Shown: one piece after another, positions 1 to 13,285 of the stretch
Layout: each line of letters starts with the position of its first letter
Position numbering within the stretch: position 1 is the first letter of the stretch
Source: Marsupella aquatica
Lineage: Eukaryota; Plantae; Marchantiophyta
Direction: 5' to 3'
DNA: 64,000 bases
Assembly (NCBI GenBank): GCA_973895155.1
Contig: OZ316893.1
Location: 27,352,210-27,416,209 of the forward strand
The notes under the pieces: model-generated
Seen by the model: only the letters and a program-made list of their open reading frames with translations
Told to the model about the DNA's origin: nothing
The model's database searches: none
Translations under genes and position numbers: made by a program

Positions 1-2402
1 TCGGCACAAACATCCGCAATAGTGGGTTTCCAATGCCTAGAACTCCCACCACGAGGATCCCAATTTTCCTTGATTGAGGAGACCCTCTCACAAAGGAATG
101 AAGCATACGCTTCCACAAAGTGTCTCTCATCTTGAGAGTCACAATAAACAAAGCATTTGCGTTGCACCAAGAATGTTGTCTTCATCACTTGACCACCCGA
201 GAAAAATCAAGAATCAAGTCTCCAGCTTCTGACAAGGATTCAATAATCCTCTGTATCATCCGCGTGGGTTTGGCATGTGGATTCACCCAACCACCACGAG
301 CACCAACTATCTCAAATCGAGGGGCCATGTGCAAAACCTTGGTTGCCTCTTCTGGGGTCAGCATCATTTTTAGATCTTCGGGTTTTGACACGTCGTCTGT
401 GTCAACCTTCGCCTTCCCAGTGTCAATCTTGGTGACCTCAAAATCAGTATCTTTTGAACCAAAAAAGAATTTTGGCTTTGGGTGATTGGGTTTGAAAACA
501 TCATTCCAATTGACATTTTTATCTCGAGAAATTCCTGCAAATATAACTTCTTCAATTCCGCCTCCCCAACACGAATCAAGCGGGTGCGGTTGATCCTCTC
601 GAGAATAACTCCCATACTCAATGTGAATGGTGAGAGATTTCTCTTGTCCCAATTTTCTAAGTGAGCTTAGGACATTCATTGCAAGAGGCCCCGGATGAAC
701 AGTTATGGCTACAACGATTGTAAGATTTCATGGTAGCTCCACAATGTATTGCAGAAAGACCAAAACTTCTGCTTCTGTCCACAGCTTCTGGTGATCTCGA
801 CTGAAGTCAACAATGGCAAGTGAGCACGTTGGAGATGATTCTTCTATTGCTGGTGGATCAACTGTTTTCATTAGATTGTCACTAAAGAATGTGACCCACG
901 GTTGGCTCCGAGAATGTGTCCCTCCGCCAAACTTCTGGCAATAAATGTCATCAAGGTGCATCACCAGAGCTATTGGCAAGATTGCACTCTTCCTGGTATG
1001 ATTTGGCTTCAACAGATTTGACAAAAAAACTTCACCAGCCGCTCTTCTGCATCTACTGAATTCTGCATCAACACTCAACAATGGCAGAACCTCTACTACT
1101 TTCTTCCAGTCGGTATCCGACGGGAAATTCCGTGGATCCTTGCCGAAGTAGTACTCTTCAATGAGAGACTTGAGCTTCCTCACTTTTTTCACATCCTTCG
1201 CAAGCTCCTCTATTGAGGGTATGTCAGATTTATTTGTGGCATCTTTCTTCAGCAATGCCTTTCTTGACTTCACTTGTGTCAGGATTTTTGTGATGTCTTT
1301 CTGTGAGATCAACTCACCATCAAAGGGACGAAACATGGCAACGGTAATTGCTTTTTTGGACTTGTTATTTCCTTCCACCCCAGCTCCATCAGGAAGTTTC
1401 CCATGCAACCACATCTCACAGACTAACCGCCACAACTCAAAAAGATGGTTGTCCGCAAAAAGTAGCCAGTATACATTTCGCAAGTCCTTCCTACCCATAG
1501 TCATTCTTGCCAGAGCCAACCAATCCTACAATCCAAAAGGAAAGCTAGTCAGTTATCCCCAACTCAAGGGTTGGAAAAAAAGGATTCTAAGTGCAAAAAT
1601 AGTTTTGGATTCCGATGGTCTCAATCAAAAACAAAACTCGTACTAAACATTCCAAAAGTTCCAATACTCTTTGACAAATCGTGTCGGACTGAGACCATCC
1701 GAATCCAATATAAAATTACTCTCTATGGTAGAGAAATGCACACAAAGTAATCACATTTCTTACCTGAAATTTTTGGTTGTCTTGAGCATTTGTTTTGTTG
1801 TCGCCATGTTTTGGTTTGTTTGGATTTCCACATTCAACAAACTGCCGCCTCGCATGGACAACTGTATCTTTAAAGCAAGACTGAAACACCATCGTGCTAT
1901 TGATGGCGTTCGATCTCATGGAGTGCTCAACAAGAATTGAAGACGGTGTGCGATCAGACAATATTCTGGATTTCCTAAATTCTAACTTCTTGGCCAACTG
2001 GGTGAGCTTGGCATCCTTCGTTGCCCAATCACGAATCCATCTCGCAGCTCTCGTAGAGTGCTGACCACTAACAGCTAGAAATTGGACCTCGCCCTTTTTC
2101 ACTCCGGCCAAAAAAGCCTTTCGGTCCGACTCCGTATTCTCAAAGTGGAGTACCTTTCTTCGCTCGACGTTAAAAGGAATCAAATCAGCGACATGTGGCT
2201 CATGCCCAGGTGTTTTGATCATGGAATCAGCAATGTCTTGCACATGATCAAAATTCATCATCCAATAGCACAGTCTCGTTGGTGCAGCAAAAATACTTTC
2301 AACTGGGATCAGAAAATTTTTGTTTATCTCAAAAGTATAGTATTGCTCCATTTGTTGAAGAACTTCATTCCCTTCTAAGACGTCTTTCTCCTCTGGAACA
2401 TG
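1..2402 (-). pseudogene. ParB/Srx-fold + beta-class DNA amino-methyltransferase-like gene (MTase2), 3' portion; two frameshifts; 5' end displaced by inversion
   Basis: ORF 1716-2441 has a ParB-like strand/helix FLAVSGQHSTRAARWI. GT-AG intron 1763-1526 joins it in frame to ORF 728-1519 (SLAIVDFSR at the motif IV position). Frameshift near 750 leads into ORF 185-679 (VNPHAKPTRMIQRIIESLSEAGDLILDF). One extra T near 203 restores DFFSGG (motif I) and an open frame to the window edge. Confidence 0.75.
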
Positions 2403-4039
2403 TGGCCAAGCAGCCGTCAGCAACATCAAAAGGTAAATCAAAAGCTAAACCTAAACCGCTGAGTGCAAGTGAAATCAAAATGAACAAGCTCTCTGGGCAT
2501 TTCAATTTGAGGGTCTTCAGAGCTCTCCAGGGGCTTTCCAATCAGGAGCATGTGAAGCGACTCCTAAACAGAGTAATTGGAAAGAAAATCACTCTAGAAC
2601 AAATGTTCAAAGAAGGTGAGACACTTAAGAAGTTGGCAAAGGTAAAGAAATTGTTCCTACAGATTTCTGGTCAAAAAGATTGGGCAACATGCCGGGAAAT
2701 GTTTCCCCAGGAAACCGATGTGAAAGTCCTTTCAACTTGGTGCGAAAAGCTCACAGAAGCAGTAAGCACAATGTCCTTATGGCTTTTTGTTTTCAGTTAT
2801 ATATATTCAAAGCAAACATTTGAGATATTGAATGCAGGTAGTGTGACTTGTATCACTGGTGGCATTTGAAATTTGTGTTTGGAAATCTTACAAAGAGTTT
2901 TGTTTAATGTGCAGTTCAAAATCAGTTCAAAGAGGAAGAAAAAAGTCATTTCTGGAAATGAATTTGATGAGGGCGTGGAGGTCAAGATTCCTTCATGCGA
3001 CATCCCCTACGTCTTCAAGAACTATGTTCTTGAAGCAATTGAAAAACACAATCGGAGACTGAATATCTCATCAATTGCTACAGCTTCATCTCAACATCAA
3101 TGGAAGAATGCAAATGGAGACGCATTCTCATATTCTCTTCATGTTGGAGATATTCGGAAACTAGAAACCTTTCTAGAGCCAAAACATTTTACTTTGGCAA
3201 TTGCAGACATCCCGTACGGTTTCAATGCCCCTGGTTCTCAGTTTGACGAGGAACCTTTCACTGAACAGGATGTAAATGAGATGGTTACTAATTTTGCTAA
3301 AATCACCACCTCTCCAATGTGGAGGTTTGTTGTGATCCATTCCTTGCAGCAGACAAATAGCGTTATGAGCGCACTTGAGAAGGTTTGCAATTGCGGAGTT
3401 GAGGCCGGTATATGGGAGAAGACAAACATCCATGAGCACCCTTCTGGGCCAAGGCTAGCTTGGGCCTTTGAGAACTGGTCAATTGGTTATTACAGTGAGG
3501 ATGGAGTCCAAAAGAAGGAGATGTACAATTTTGCTCCTGATGAGTCCAGGGTGAACATTGTGAAAGTTCCCTGTGTTACTACAAAGTCTGTGAGTCCATT
3601 AGGGTTTATTGTAAACCCTTACCAAAAACCAATTGCATTGGGTGATTGGTTTGTTAATCACTTCAGTGAGAAAGGGGACTGGGTGGTAGACCTTTGTTGT
3701 GGAACCGGGTCAACATTGGTGGCTGCACTTCTCAACTCTCGGAATGGGTGTGCTGTTGACAAAGGTGAGACTCAGGTAGAATTTTTGAGGAGTCGGATTA
3801 TGACATTGGAATCTGTTTGGACTCTATACAATGAAGCACAAGTGTCCGGTGAAGGTGGCCAGGGACAAGAAGTTCAGCCTCCGGTTGGTGGGCAGTTGGG
3901 AGTCATTGGTACTAGCATTTATGTGGATACTGATGACCAGGAGGAGCCTGAAGAAAGTGAGCCAAACATTGAAGAAAAGCTACCTAGAACACCAGAGGAG
4001 GATGTCGTGGGGATTCTTTGTTTAGTAAGTTCCTCCTAA
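2402..4039 (+). pseudogene. 5'-truncated duplicate of the ParB-MTase1 gene; intact beta-class N6A/N4C methyltransferase exon 2915-4039
   Basis: Motif IV-like LAIADIPYG precedes the motif X/I region NPYQKPIALGDWFVNHFSEKGDWVVDLCCGTGSTLVAALLNSRNGCAVD, which is the beta-class order. Intron 2762-2914 (GTAAGC...TGCAG) joins in phase 0. Confidence 0.85.
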
Positions 4040-4081
4040 GTATAGCTTAGTAGTATAGGATAGTAGTTTAAATTCTCGCAT

Positions 4082-4320
4082 ATGCAGTCTATAGTGTGCA
4101 TGCTACAGTGCACAACCTACAGTGTGCATGCTACAGTACACGGTCTACAGTATGCATGCTATATTGTTCGATCTACAATGTGCATGCTACAGTGCAAGAC
4201 CTACAGTGTGCATGCTACAGTGTACGATCTACAGTGTGCATGTTACAGTGTACGATCTACAGTGTGCATGCTATAGTGTACAATCTACAGTGTGCATGCT
4301 ACAGTGTACTGTCTACAGTT
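4082..4320 (+). repeat. Minisatellite, 14-bp subunits forming a 28-bp dimer (ctacagtgtgcatg ctacagtgtacgat)
   Basis: Read directly. The mirror copy at ~59975-60240 has about one extra 28-bp unit. Confidence 0.9.
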
Positions 4321-4538
4321 GCTCCACTCACGTAACTACAGTACTAGCACACTTACTTGCCTTGGATGTGTGACACATGGCTTCCATCCGTGTGCCATGC
4401 TTGATCCGTGTGCTTGAGGTGTGAGCACTATAAATAAAGAGGAGAGGGGCTCTCTCCCCTCACTCCCCATTTTTCATCAACTAAGTTGTGAAGTCTTAAA
4501 AATCCATTGGACTTGATGATCTCTTCTATGAATATAAC

Positions 4539-4801
4539 CCTTATGAAGTAGACCCACTCATGCACTCTTGCTTAGAGCTTCGGCTCGGCCAGGGATATTT
4601 TATATGAGTCGGACCTTCAGAAAGTGTTGTCATTTGATAGGAGATGGTTATTAAGTTCTAAAGAGTTGGAAAGTGCTCAACAATGCCTTGACATCATATG
4701 CTCCCTTTTGGGTGAAATCCTTATGAAGTAGACCCACTCATGCAGTCTTGCTTAGAGCTTCGGCTCGGCCAGAGGTATTTTGTATGAGTTGGACCTTCAG
4801 A
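4539..4801 (+). repeat. Two ~82-bp direct repeats 180 bp apart (ccttatgaagtagacccactcatgc...ggaccttcaga), downstream of a TATA-like box at ~4429
   Basis: Copies start at 4539 and 4719. The TATAAATA is followed by a GAGAGGGG...CCCCTC hairpin-like tract. Confidence 0.8.
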
Positions 4802-5177
4802 TAGTATTTTCATTCAAAAGAAGATCAACCTATTAAGATAAACATCTGCATGTATATACTTAGAGTTAACTCAATGCATGATATTTGTTTGAAATGGATG
4901 ATCTTGAATGATTCTATCTCCTGTCATTAGAATGAAAATTAGTTGGATGGAATATTTGATAGTACGATAATGCCCAGACCAGTACCTATTCTTCCTCTCC
5001 CTAATCCTTTCCTTATTAGAATTCATGTACTCCAAAAAGAGATAATGCGCCAGCATATGACTTTTCACTTTGGAGAAGCATTTGCAACTGCGGTATTAAA
5101 TTCAATAGAGCCAATTGTATACCCTTATGTAGGTTACGGGCAGGATTGGGCTTGCACAATTTTTATCTTGTATTGAG

Positions 5178-5387
5178 ATGGATCTCAACAAACCTCCCTC
5201 TGATGAGCCTCCCGTTTCTTTCTCGTTGGGAGATATTCATTTTGTAACTCGACCCAAGGTAGCTGCCAAGGAGGCAATAGTCCGTAGGTATGGAGAAAAG
5301 GGTTATGATGTTGTGCTTTCATCCACGGAACCGTTCCTTGTGGTGTCTGCTACCCGGTCTAGAATAGTAATCATGATCTTAACTTAA
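5178..5387 (+). CDS. Small ORF (69 aa) beginning with an EAR-like DLNxxP motif (MDLNKPP); copy at 58901-59110 (-)
   Basis: ATG-started ORF with DLNKPP. No evidence of expression. Confidence 0.3.
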   Translation: MDLNKPPSDEPPVSFSLGDIHFVTRPKVAAKEAIVRRYGEKGYDVVLSSTEPFLVVSATRSRIVIMILT

Positions 5388-5859
5388 GTTCTCTCTTGAC
5401 ACTAGCAGCCATAGGCCCGATGCTTCCTCAAGAACCACATTTTTCCCCCAGACAACGGGGAACTCAATGATATGTTGTTAGATTAGATGTGTGCAATAAC
5501 ACTATTGAGGATTTATCAACACTAGTGGAAAATAGTGTCCTTAATGACTAGAATGAGGACTGAAAAACGAGTCATATGTACCAATATATGACTAGAGATT
5601 TTCTGTCATACCTGCCTCATCTTTTAGGACAGTCAATTAAGACAAATGACTAAAACTCTCACCAGTCATTTATGGTAGTCCTGAATGACACAATATTTAT
5701 GAAATGACATGTTGTCCTAAATGACTGAATGAACGGCCGTCAGTCATTTAGGCATATCTTTAATGACACATATTTAAACAAATCATATTACAACACGTGG
5801 CAACTACACATGGTTGTCATTTCAGACATGTCATAAATGACATAATAATAAATCATTTA

Positions 5860-6165
5860 AGGTGTCATTTAGTGTGTCATTGAAGGTGTCGTACATGGTG
5901 TCATTAAAAATGTCATACAAGGTGTCATACAAGGTGTCATTGAGGGTGTCATATAGGGTGTCATTGAGAGTGTCATTGAAGGTGTCATTGAGGGTATCAT
6001 ACAGGTTGTCATTGAGGGTGTCATACATGGTGTCATTGAGGGTGTCATACATGGTGTCATTGAGGATGTCATACATGGTGTCATTTAGGGTGTCATACAT
6101 GGTGTCATTGAGGGTGTCATACAGGGTGTCATACATGGTGTCATTGAGGGTGTCATATAGGGTGT
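5860..6165. repeat. Subterminal 12-bp tandem array (ggtgtcattgag/ggtgtcatacat) of CACTA-1
   Basis: Read directly. The same GTCAT core recurs at the other end (21750-22135). Confidence 0.9.
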
Positions 6166-6522
6166 TTTTAAGTAATGTCATTTGGGATGTATCTAAGAAG
6201 AGCTCATAGTTATATTCAAAATCACATACAATGAATCCACTTAAACCCTAAACAAAGACATCCTTTGCGCATCATCATTGTATTAAGAAATTCACACTCC
6301 AACATTCACAAGCTCTAATATAGAATAATTGAAAAAACAGAAGTCATCATTGTATTCAGAAATTCACATTCCGACATTCACAAGCTCTAGTATAGAACAA
6401 TTGAAAAAACAGAAGTCTTTATGATGAAGTGATAGAAAGTACACATTTTTCACTCGCATGAGTGAAACAATGGTAACCAAAATATTCAAAAATTCTCTGT
6501 TCTACATGATCAGAGAAAATGT

Positions 6523-9280
6523 TCAACACTTTCGAAGAAACCTAGCATTCCACAATGTATTCATTCCTAACACATTCCGTAAGCAGAGTTGTTTCTCTTC
6601 TTTGTTGGGCATTGGCAATGCTGCATCACCACAATACACTGCCTTAACTGATACTCGCACCCAAGGACTCTCAATCATGACACAATGAAATTTATCCTAT
6701 CCTGGTAACCCTGTCACTTCACCTCTAGCAACAACTGTAGAGCGATCCACAACGCTTTGTACTTCTACAACATCTCCTTTTGAAAACTGCCACACAAAAT
6801 TGTTAGGACAAAATATTGTCTTGTAGTACTGATTTGGGCATATCATCAATTTAAGAACATAAACCAACTGAAAACAAATTCACCTTTGCTGCTGGATTTG
6901 GGGAGAGAACTGGTCCTCGTTCACTAGGTGAGATAGTGATAGGGGTTGTTTTCTTGAATCTCTTTGAAGGCCTAGGTGGTGTAGCCTCTTGTTCCTTAAT
7001 TGCATTTGACACTATCTGTTCATCTGTGATAGCAATCTCATCACTCTCACCATTACCAATGCTGCTTTGTACAATGCAAGGTTCTTGCAGTGCTCCCAAA
7101 TTTGCTTCTCCCGTACTTGGCTTTGGCTTCTGCCTTGTTAAAGTATCTGATTTCTCTCGCTGTGATACAGGATTCTCCCCTGAAGAAGCTACCACAAAAC
7201 CAAACAATGAATGTTTAGAAAACTTCATTCCAAATTGAAAAATAAATTATTGCATATGTAACATGTTTAGAGTATAAGTTTGTATGTTCTTACCATCACC
7301 ATCACCTGAGAAAGTAAGAGAACGTTTCCTGCTACTACCTTTAGGCTCAACCACCACCTTAGTAGCAATTGCATTTGATAATTGCATATGGAACTGATTC
7401 TGTTGATTTTGTGCAATGAAAGAAGTCATCATAGATGTCAAATTGTCCACTTTGAACTCAAGCTTGGTTAAATTCTCCACAGACTGTTCAAGCTTGAGTA
7501 ATCGAGCTGGTTCCTCAATTGTAGTTTCCCTAGACAGTGGAGTCTACATACACAAACACACCATACAATGTCAATCATCAATAATAATTTGAACATCATG
7601 GATAACTTATAATCAAAATTGAATATATATACAGGTTTTCATTACATACCGCTGATCCATGTGCAGATCCAATTCCAACAAAACTATTGCCTCGATGTTC
7701 ACCACTGCCCATAGATGGACTGATCTGCACTGGGGGGACTGGACTACTAGACACAAGTTTTGATATAACAGGGCTTGTCAATCCTTTTACTTTCTGGAAA
7801 CACATAATCACATTCAAAGCAATTAGAATATTAATGAGAACTCATCATGTCATTGTTTACTCCTATACTAGATAAACACTTCAATTCAAATGACAATCTA
7901 GACCTGCAGTGAGATGGACCATCTAAAGATTCTTACCAATTTTTTTCTGCTCCAGCAGCCCCTCCTCTTCCAAAATGCTCTTTGTTCACCACTTCTGCCC
8001 TCCTTGCTTTCATCACAGCACTCCTTGCAAGCAAAGCAGGACTATCAAAATGATCCACCAGTCGTGCCCATTTCAATGCGTCAACATATTGAGGTCCTGG
8101 TTTGGAGCGATCACGTTTATATACATCCTTCCAATAAGTATTTAGTTTGTGACGTTCTCTTTTCAATAACGTCCGACAGTGACTAATAAATTTCTTGTCA
8201 GACACTGACTGCTTATCTGGATACTCCCAATCTGCCTCCATCAATTTCTGCACATCCTCAATTATGTTTGGATCTTGTTTGTTCCAATCAGGTTGTGATA
8301 CATCAAAAAGCCTCAAGACATTGGCACGTAGCTCCTCCATCCAATATGGTTTATTAGGATGAGAATCATCAATATCATTGTCATGAATCTGATAACACCA
8401 CAAATGATAGTCATCAACATTGAGAATGAAACAAACACCCAATTGCTTCTGAGTACACAAACTGTAGGCCACAAATGTGAAATGTGCAATGAAAATCTTA
8501 CCGTTATCAATTTTCCCTTCTTATTGTCAGCCCTTCTTACACTACCGGTTCTCTGGAATTGTTTTTTGGCTTGCCTAGATTCCCTGCGTTGCTCTGTTGT
8601 AGTCTTTCTTCCCTCTACATACACAATGAACATCCAATATTGATCATCCACAATTGTAAAATGAGGGACAAGAAATATTACAATATAATAGGAGGACGAT
8701 TCATTGAATTTGACTTACCTGAACCCTGACTGGATGTCACTACTGTAGAGTGTCCAGATTTCCCAATCGATGTTGATGGAACCACCACTATACACATGCA
8801 AACCACTGCAATTATGAATCCAACATTCATATAGATCAACATTGAAAAATACATTGAAAATCTTTGAAATTACTTACATTCAAATAGCTGGCTAGTCACA
8901 GGGTCTTTGTAACATTGCACCATGCCACTCATGGAAGGTCCAACCTTTGTAGGGGTTTCTTTTGCATCTGCCAAGCTCTTGGATCAAGTTAAAACCAATG
9001 TTATTAAACAGAATCACTACCAATGTCTATAGTTTCCTCATATTGTTGGTGAATGTAATAGGAATCTCACCTTGGATGAACTTTGTGGTTTCTCATCTTC
9101 ACTGTACTCAGCATCAGTGTCATAATCTGATTCAGAACCCTCATCACCAGACTCTGCCATACTCACTGAGACAATTCTTGATAGTCTGGAGCTCTGTCTC
9201 CTCTGTGTGGTAACCTCACTTCTAGGAGTTCGACGTGCACTTGTTTTCTTCTTGCGCCCTATGGTCTGTGTTGCACCCAA
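6523..9280 (-). pseudogene. Multi-exon TnpA-like gene of CACTA-1
   Basis: Exon ~7933-8400 has W...HFGRGG of the plant Ptta/En-Spm type. Last exon ~6523-6787 reads KGDVVEV..VARGEVTG*..VRVSVKAVY..LPMP..TLW (Tnp1-type C-terminal domain, one stop). Several GT-AG introns. Confidence 0.7.
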
Positions 9281-9665
9281 TCTACATCAGAGAATATCAA
9301 TGAATGAATGACAAGTACCAACAACCAACTCATATTGCTGATGAGCAATATTAACACATCTTTGCACATTCAAAACAACATGCAAGATTATACTCACATG
9401 AAATTGAAATTTTCTCCAAATATCTCCTGAATTTTTTATTGTTGTCTGCTACCTTCTTATTTCGTTCCTCCTCATATGGAGGTATTCGCTGCATTCACTG
9501 CTAGACCATGGCATGCCATGTACGTTAGTATGATCCCACTATCAACTAAATGAAACCGGACTGTACAGTATCTTCAAACCATTCATTTCCTTTTATACTT
9601 TCTTTTTCCTTTGTCTGTAGTACTTGATCCAGGCTCCTGTCTAGTTATATAGGCTTCTGCCAACT

Positions 9666-12600
9666 CTATGTGAACTTAGCATTGTCATCCATAGTATCAT
9701 GGAAATCAACTTCCATGTAATCACCCAGCACCCTTGTAGACCTAGATTCCTTGTGGAGGATTGTCCTCCATGCAATCCCCTTATCATTTGGGTAAAAAAA
9801 CACCTGTTCTATCTGTCGTGGCAATACATAGTCCATTTTCTTGGAAGCACCCAGCTCCTTCTGAAAATTTACTTGCCACAATCCAGACGTATCATATCTC
9901 ATACTTGCTGTGGCTTTGGGAGTCCAAGATGGGTTTGCCCACCTTCTTTTGAAAAGGACCACTTCCTTTATCAGAGGCCCATAGTTCAACACTAAGATGT
10001 CTGTCAACACCCCCACATATTGTACAGATTCATCTACTGTTGCCCCTGACCTAATGACCCGCTTCTCAGTGAATGTACAAGCCATCCCAGAATCAAAAGT
10101 CTTGAACCCAGATGAGTCACAATCAATCAAGGAACCTAGTGATGGAATGGTCCTCCAATGGTGCCCATAGGCTCTGCAGGCCCTGTACCACAGTGCCTTC
10201 AGACTAGGTGGTACACTATACGCTGCCAACACCATTCGTTCAATCTCATTCTCAAAATTATGCCTTCTAATTGTCACTTCAAACCATTCTCTAAAAGGAG
10301 GCAACTCATCCAAATCAGAGGGATAAGGCACAGGATTCCTCCGATTTCCTGGATTCTTCATCCATTCTTTCCGGAAATCTGCTCTGTGCTTGGTAACTGC
10401 CTCCTTTTGATCATCATAAACCCTGCATGGCAAGAATGACAGTCAGCTCCTAGGCCCACACAATTTCTGCTCAAAACTCAATTATGTTTAATAATAAACA
10501 ACAGAGAACTTAACAATATAAACCATGCTCATACCTATACCATGGTTCCACCAGCTCTTCATTCTCTAGTATGTAATGATGCATAGCTATCATATCATTC
10601 CACTCCAAGGTGATATGTTTTCCAGCTCCTTCCAAGACAATGCCTGCAACACCAGGATTCTCCTCCAAGTCCCATGTTCTCATTCCTGTCCCCTTAACAT
10701 CGATCATGTATTCAGAAAGGAATCCTAAAGATTCATCTAGAAGGTAGCCTTCAGCCATAGAAGCCTCTGGACGTGCCTTGTTTCGAACATAACCCTTCAA
10801 GGTCTTTAGATATCTTTCTATTGGGTACATCCATCTAATGTTCACTGGACCACAGATGTCTAGTTCCTGAACCAGATGAATCAACAGATGGGTCATGACA
10901 TCAAAGAAGCTTGGTGGGAAATGAATTTCCATAAGGCAGAGTGTGAATGCAACATCCATCATCACAGAGTCGTACTGTGAGGGATCCCAAACCTTGGCAC
11001 AGATGGTACGCCACACATTGCTCACTCTGGCTATGGCCAACCGAACACCTTCATCAAGTAATCCCATTGTTGCCAATGGAAGGATTTGTTGCATGAGGTG
11101 ATAGAAATCGTGAGATTTCAGCCCTGATAACTTCTTCTTAACTGTGACACATTTAGCCAGAGAACTGCTGAAACCAGTGGGCCCTTTAAAGGTCAACAAT
11201 ACCTCTAAGAACTTAGTCTTCTCTGTCTTACTGAGGCAGTATGGGGCTGGCGGCATGATCTTTGAATCTTTTTTTGGATCTGGATTTGGAACCAGCCACA
11301 GGTGTTCCCGCACGTCCATGACTTTCATGTCTTCTCGAACAGAAGGAGTATCCTTTGTCCCCAAAATAGTGTGCACGATGTTGTGTGCAAGATTCTTCTC
11401 ACAGTGCATGGGATCCAAACAATGGTTGATGAGAAGTTTCTGCATTGGACGCACAGTTCAGTACAAACTAAGTTAGAATAAGAAATGTTACTCCTTGCTA
11501 CTTAACATTAATACACACTGAGGGATTCAGTATGGGAAACCAGATACTTACACTCCAGTACGGCAGCTTGTATAATCCAGTAACCCTCTTCACTCCATTC
11601 TTCTTTACTGGAGAGTTTTCATCATCCAGCGCATTCCCTGGTTTCTTCTCCACATATTTAGCGGCCTTTTCTCCCCAACATTTCCTATCAGAGCTGGACA
11701 CTCTACACGGTGCATCTCGTGCCTCTACCTCACCATTAAAGTATTTTGCCACTTCCTCTTTGCAAAAATAGTGCCTCTGTGGTAACCAGCGACGATGGCC
11801 AGCAAACAGTAACTTGCCCAACTATTTTGAACCATGTGCCACACAATTTGGCCCACAAACCACACATCCTTTGTACCCTGCATGTTGTTGGCCAGAGACT
11901 AATCCATATGCAAGATAATCATTGATTGTCCACAATACTGAAGCCCTTAGCTTGAACTCTTGCTGCAATCCTAGCCTTGGTAGAACATCAAAACAATCTA
12001 CTCCTTCTGACCATAATGTCTCAAGATCATCCACAAGTGGAGCCATGTATACATCAAATTGTTCCTCGCTTACAGACACAGGACCTGGAATTAGAAGAGC
12101 TAGCATGACAAAGAACTTCTTTGTGGAAAGCCAAGGAGGGATATTATAATTCAACAGCAGGATTAGCCATGTAGACCAGGCAGTAGAATTATTCCCAAAT
12201 GGATTTACCCCATCAAGTGCCAATCCCATTCGCACATTCCTTGGCTCAGCAGCAAAAGCAGGGTCGATCTCTGTGTCCACATGTTTCCATGCCTTTGAAT
12301 CTGCTGGATGTCGGACCATGTTGTCCTTGCTCTTGTTCTCATGATGCCAAGTCATTAGCTTAGATGTACCCTTAGTGGCATACAATCTCTTCAATCGAGG
12401 GATTATAGGGAAATATCTCAAGACCTTCACAGGTTGTAAAGAATTCCCCACTAACTTCATCTTTGGCTGATTACACTTGGAACAATTGTCCAACTCTGCA
12501 GTCTCATTTCTAAATAACATACATCCATTCTCACAGACTGGGATTCTCTCATAGTCTAAACCCAATTTTCTCAGTAATTGTTTTGCAGCATATAGGTTTT

Positions 12601-13285
12601 TAGGGAGAGTGTGCTATGTTGGCATTCCATGCTCAGTCAACAAAGACAGCATGGCATTCACTCCCGTGTTCGAGAACCTATTGTTGTGACAGATGTTTAA
12701 AAACAGCAACATGAAGGAAACTACATCTGTCTTACTGCCTGGAAATAAGGGTTTCATGGCTTCTTCTAAAGACCCTTGCAGAGGGACAGGATTTATAGGA
12801 TGCCCTGCTGTAGGTGTGTCCTCAGCCCTGGTCTCAGCAAAGGGTGGATCTGCCTCATTCTCATCATTTTGAAACATTGAATCTATATCAAAAGGAGGAT
12901 CATTATCCACATATTCGTCAGACTCTTCAGAAGCTCTTGCCAATGTCTCCTGAAGTAAAACTCTGACCTGCTCTTCAACATCTATTGATAGCTGGCCTGA
13001 GTGGAATGCCTCTCGAGACATTCCTGCCCTTAGTGCCTCTGTACCAGAGTTACGGATGTAATTGGATCTCCACTCCTCATCAGAAGAGTCTTCACCCTCT
13101 CCTACCCACACTCGACAGGCAGGGTAGCGGCCATATTTAAGAAGATGTTGTCGACTGGTCTTTCGAGTAGTCTTAACAATCCCTTTGCATTCCATGCAAG
13201 AGCAATACATTCTATGATCAGCACTACCAGAGCAAGCTGTCTGTTCCCGAGCCCATAAGTTATCATCACGATATGTACAAATCAA
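9666..13285 (-). pseudogene. CACTA TnpD/TNP2 transposase (transposase-associated Zn finger, Transposase_21, DUF4218, DUF4216) with in-frame stops at 12614 and 11822
   Basis: CSCMEC..HLLKYG; HPADSKAWK; RNVRMGLALDGVNPF; NIPPWL; LDPMHCEKN; GLKSHDF; FPPSFFDVMTHLLIHL; GPV..RWMYPIERY. Confidence 0.93.

Larger units (their letters stand above)
2402..5455. repeat. Left arm of a ~3.05-kb near-identical inverted duplication (partner 58833-61920)
   Basis: Match begins gtggccaagcagccgtcagc at 2402 (reverse complement of 61901-61920) and ends ccccagacaa at 5455 (reverse complement from 58833). The 388-aa ORFs differ at only a few residues. Confidence 0.95.

Noticed and set aside
2873-4039. Bacterial contamination or a restriction-modification operon
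   Set aside because: The gene has phase-compatible GT-AG introns, is contiguous with plant transposons, and has no nuclease partner.
4082-6209. ORFs at 4082-4373 and 5831-6209 (also those at 56472-58727 and 59959-60240)
   Set aside because: They are translations of tandem repeats and are open in several frames.
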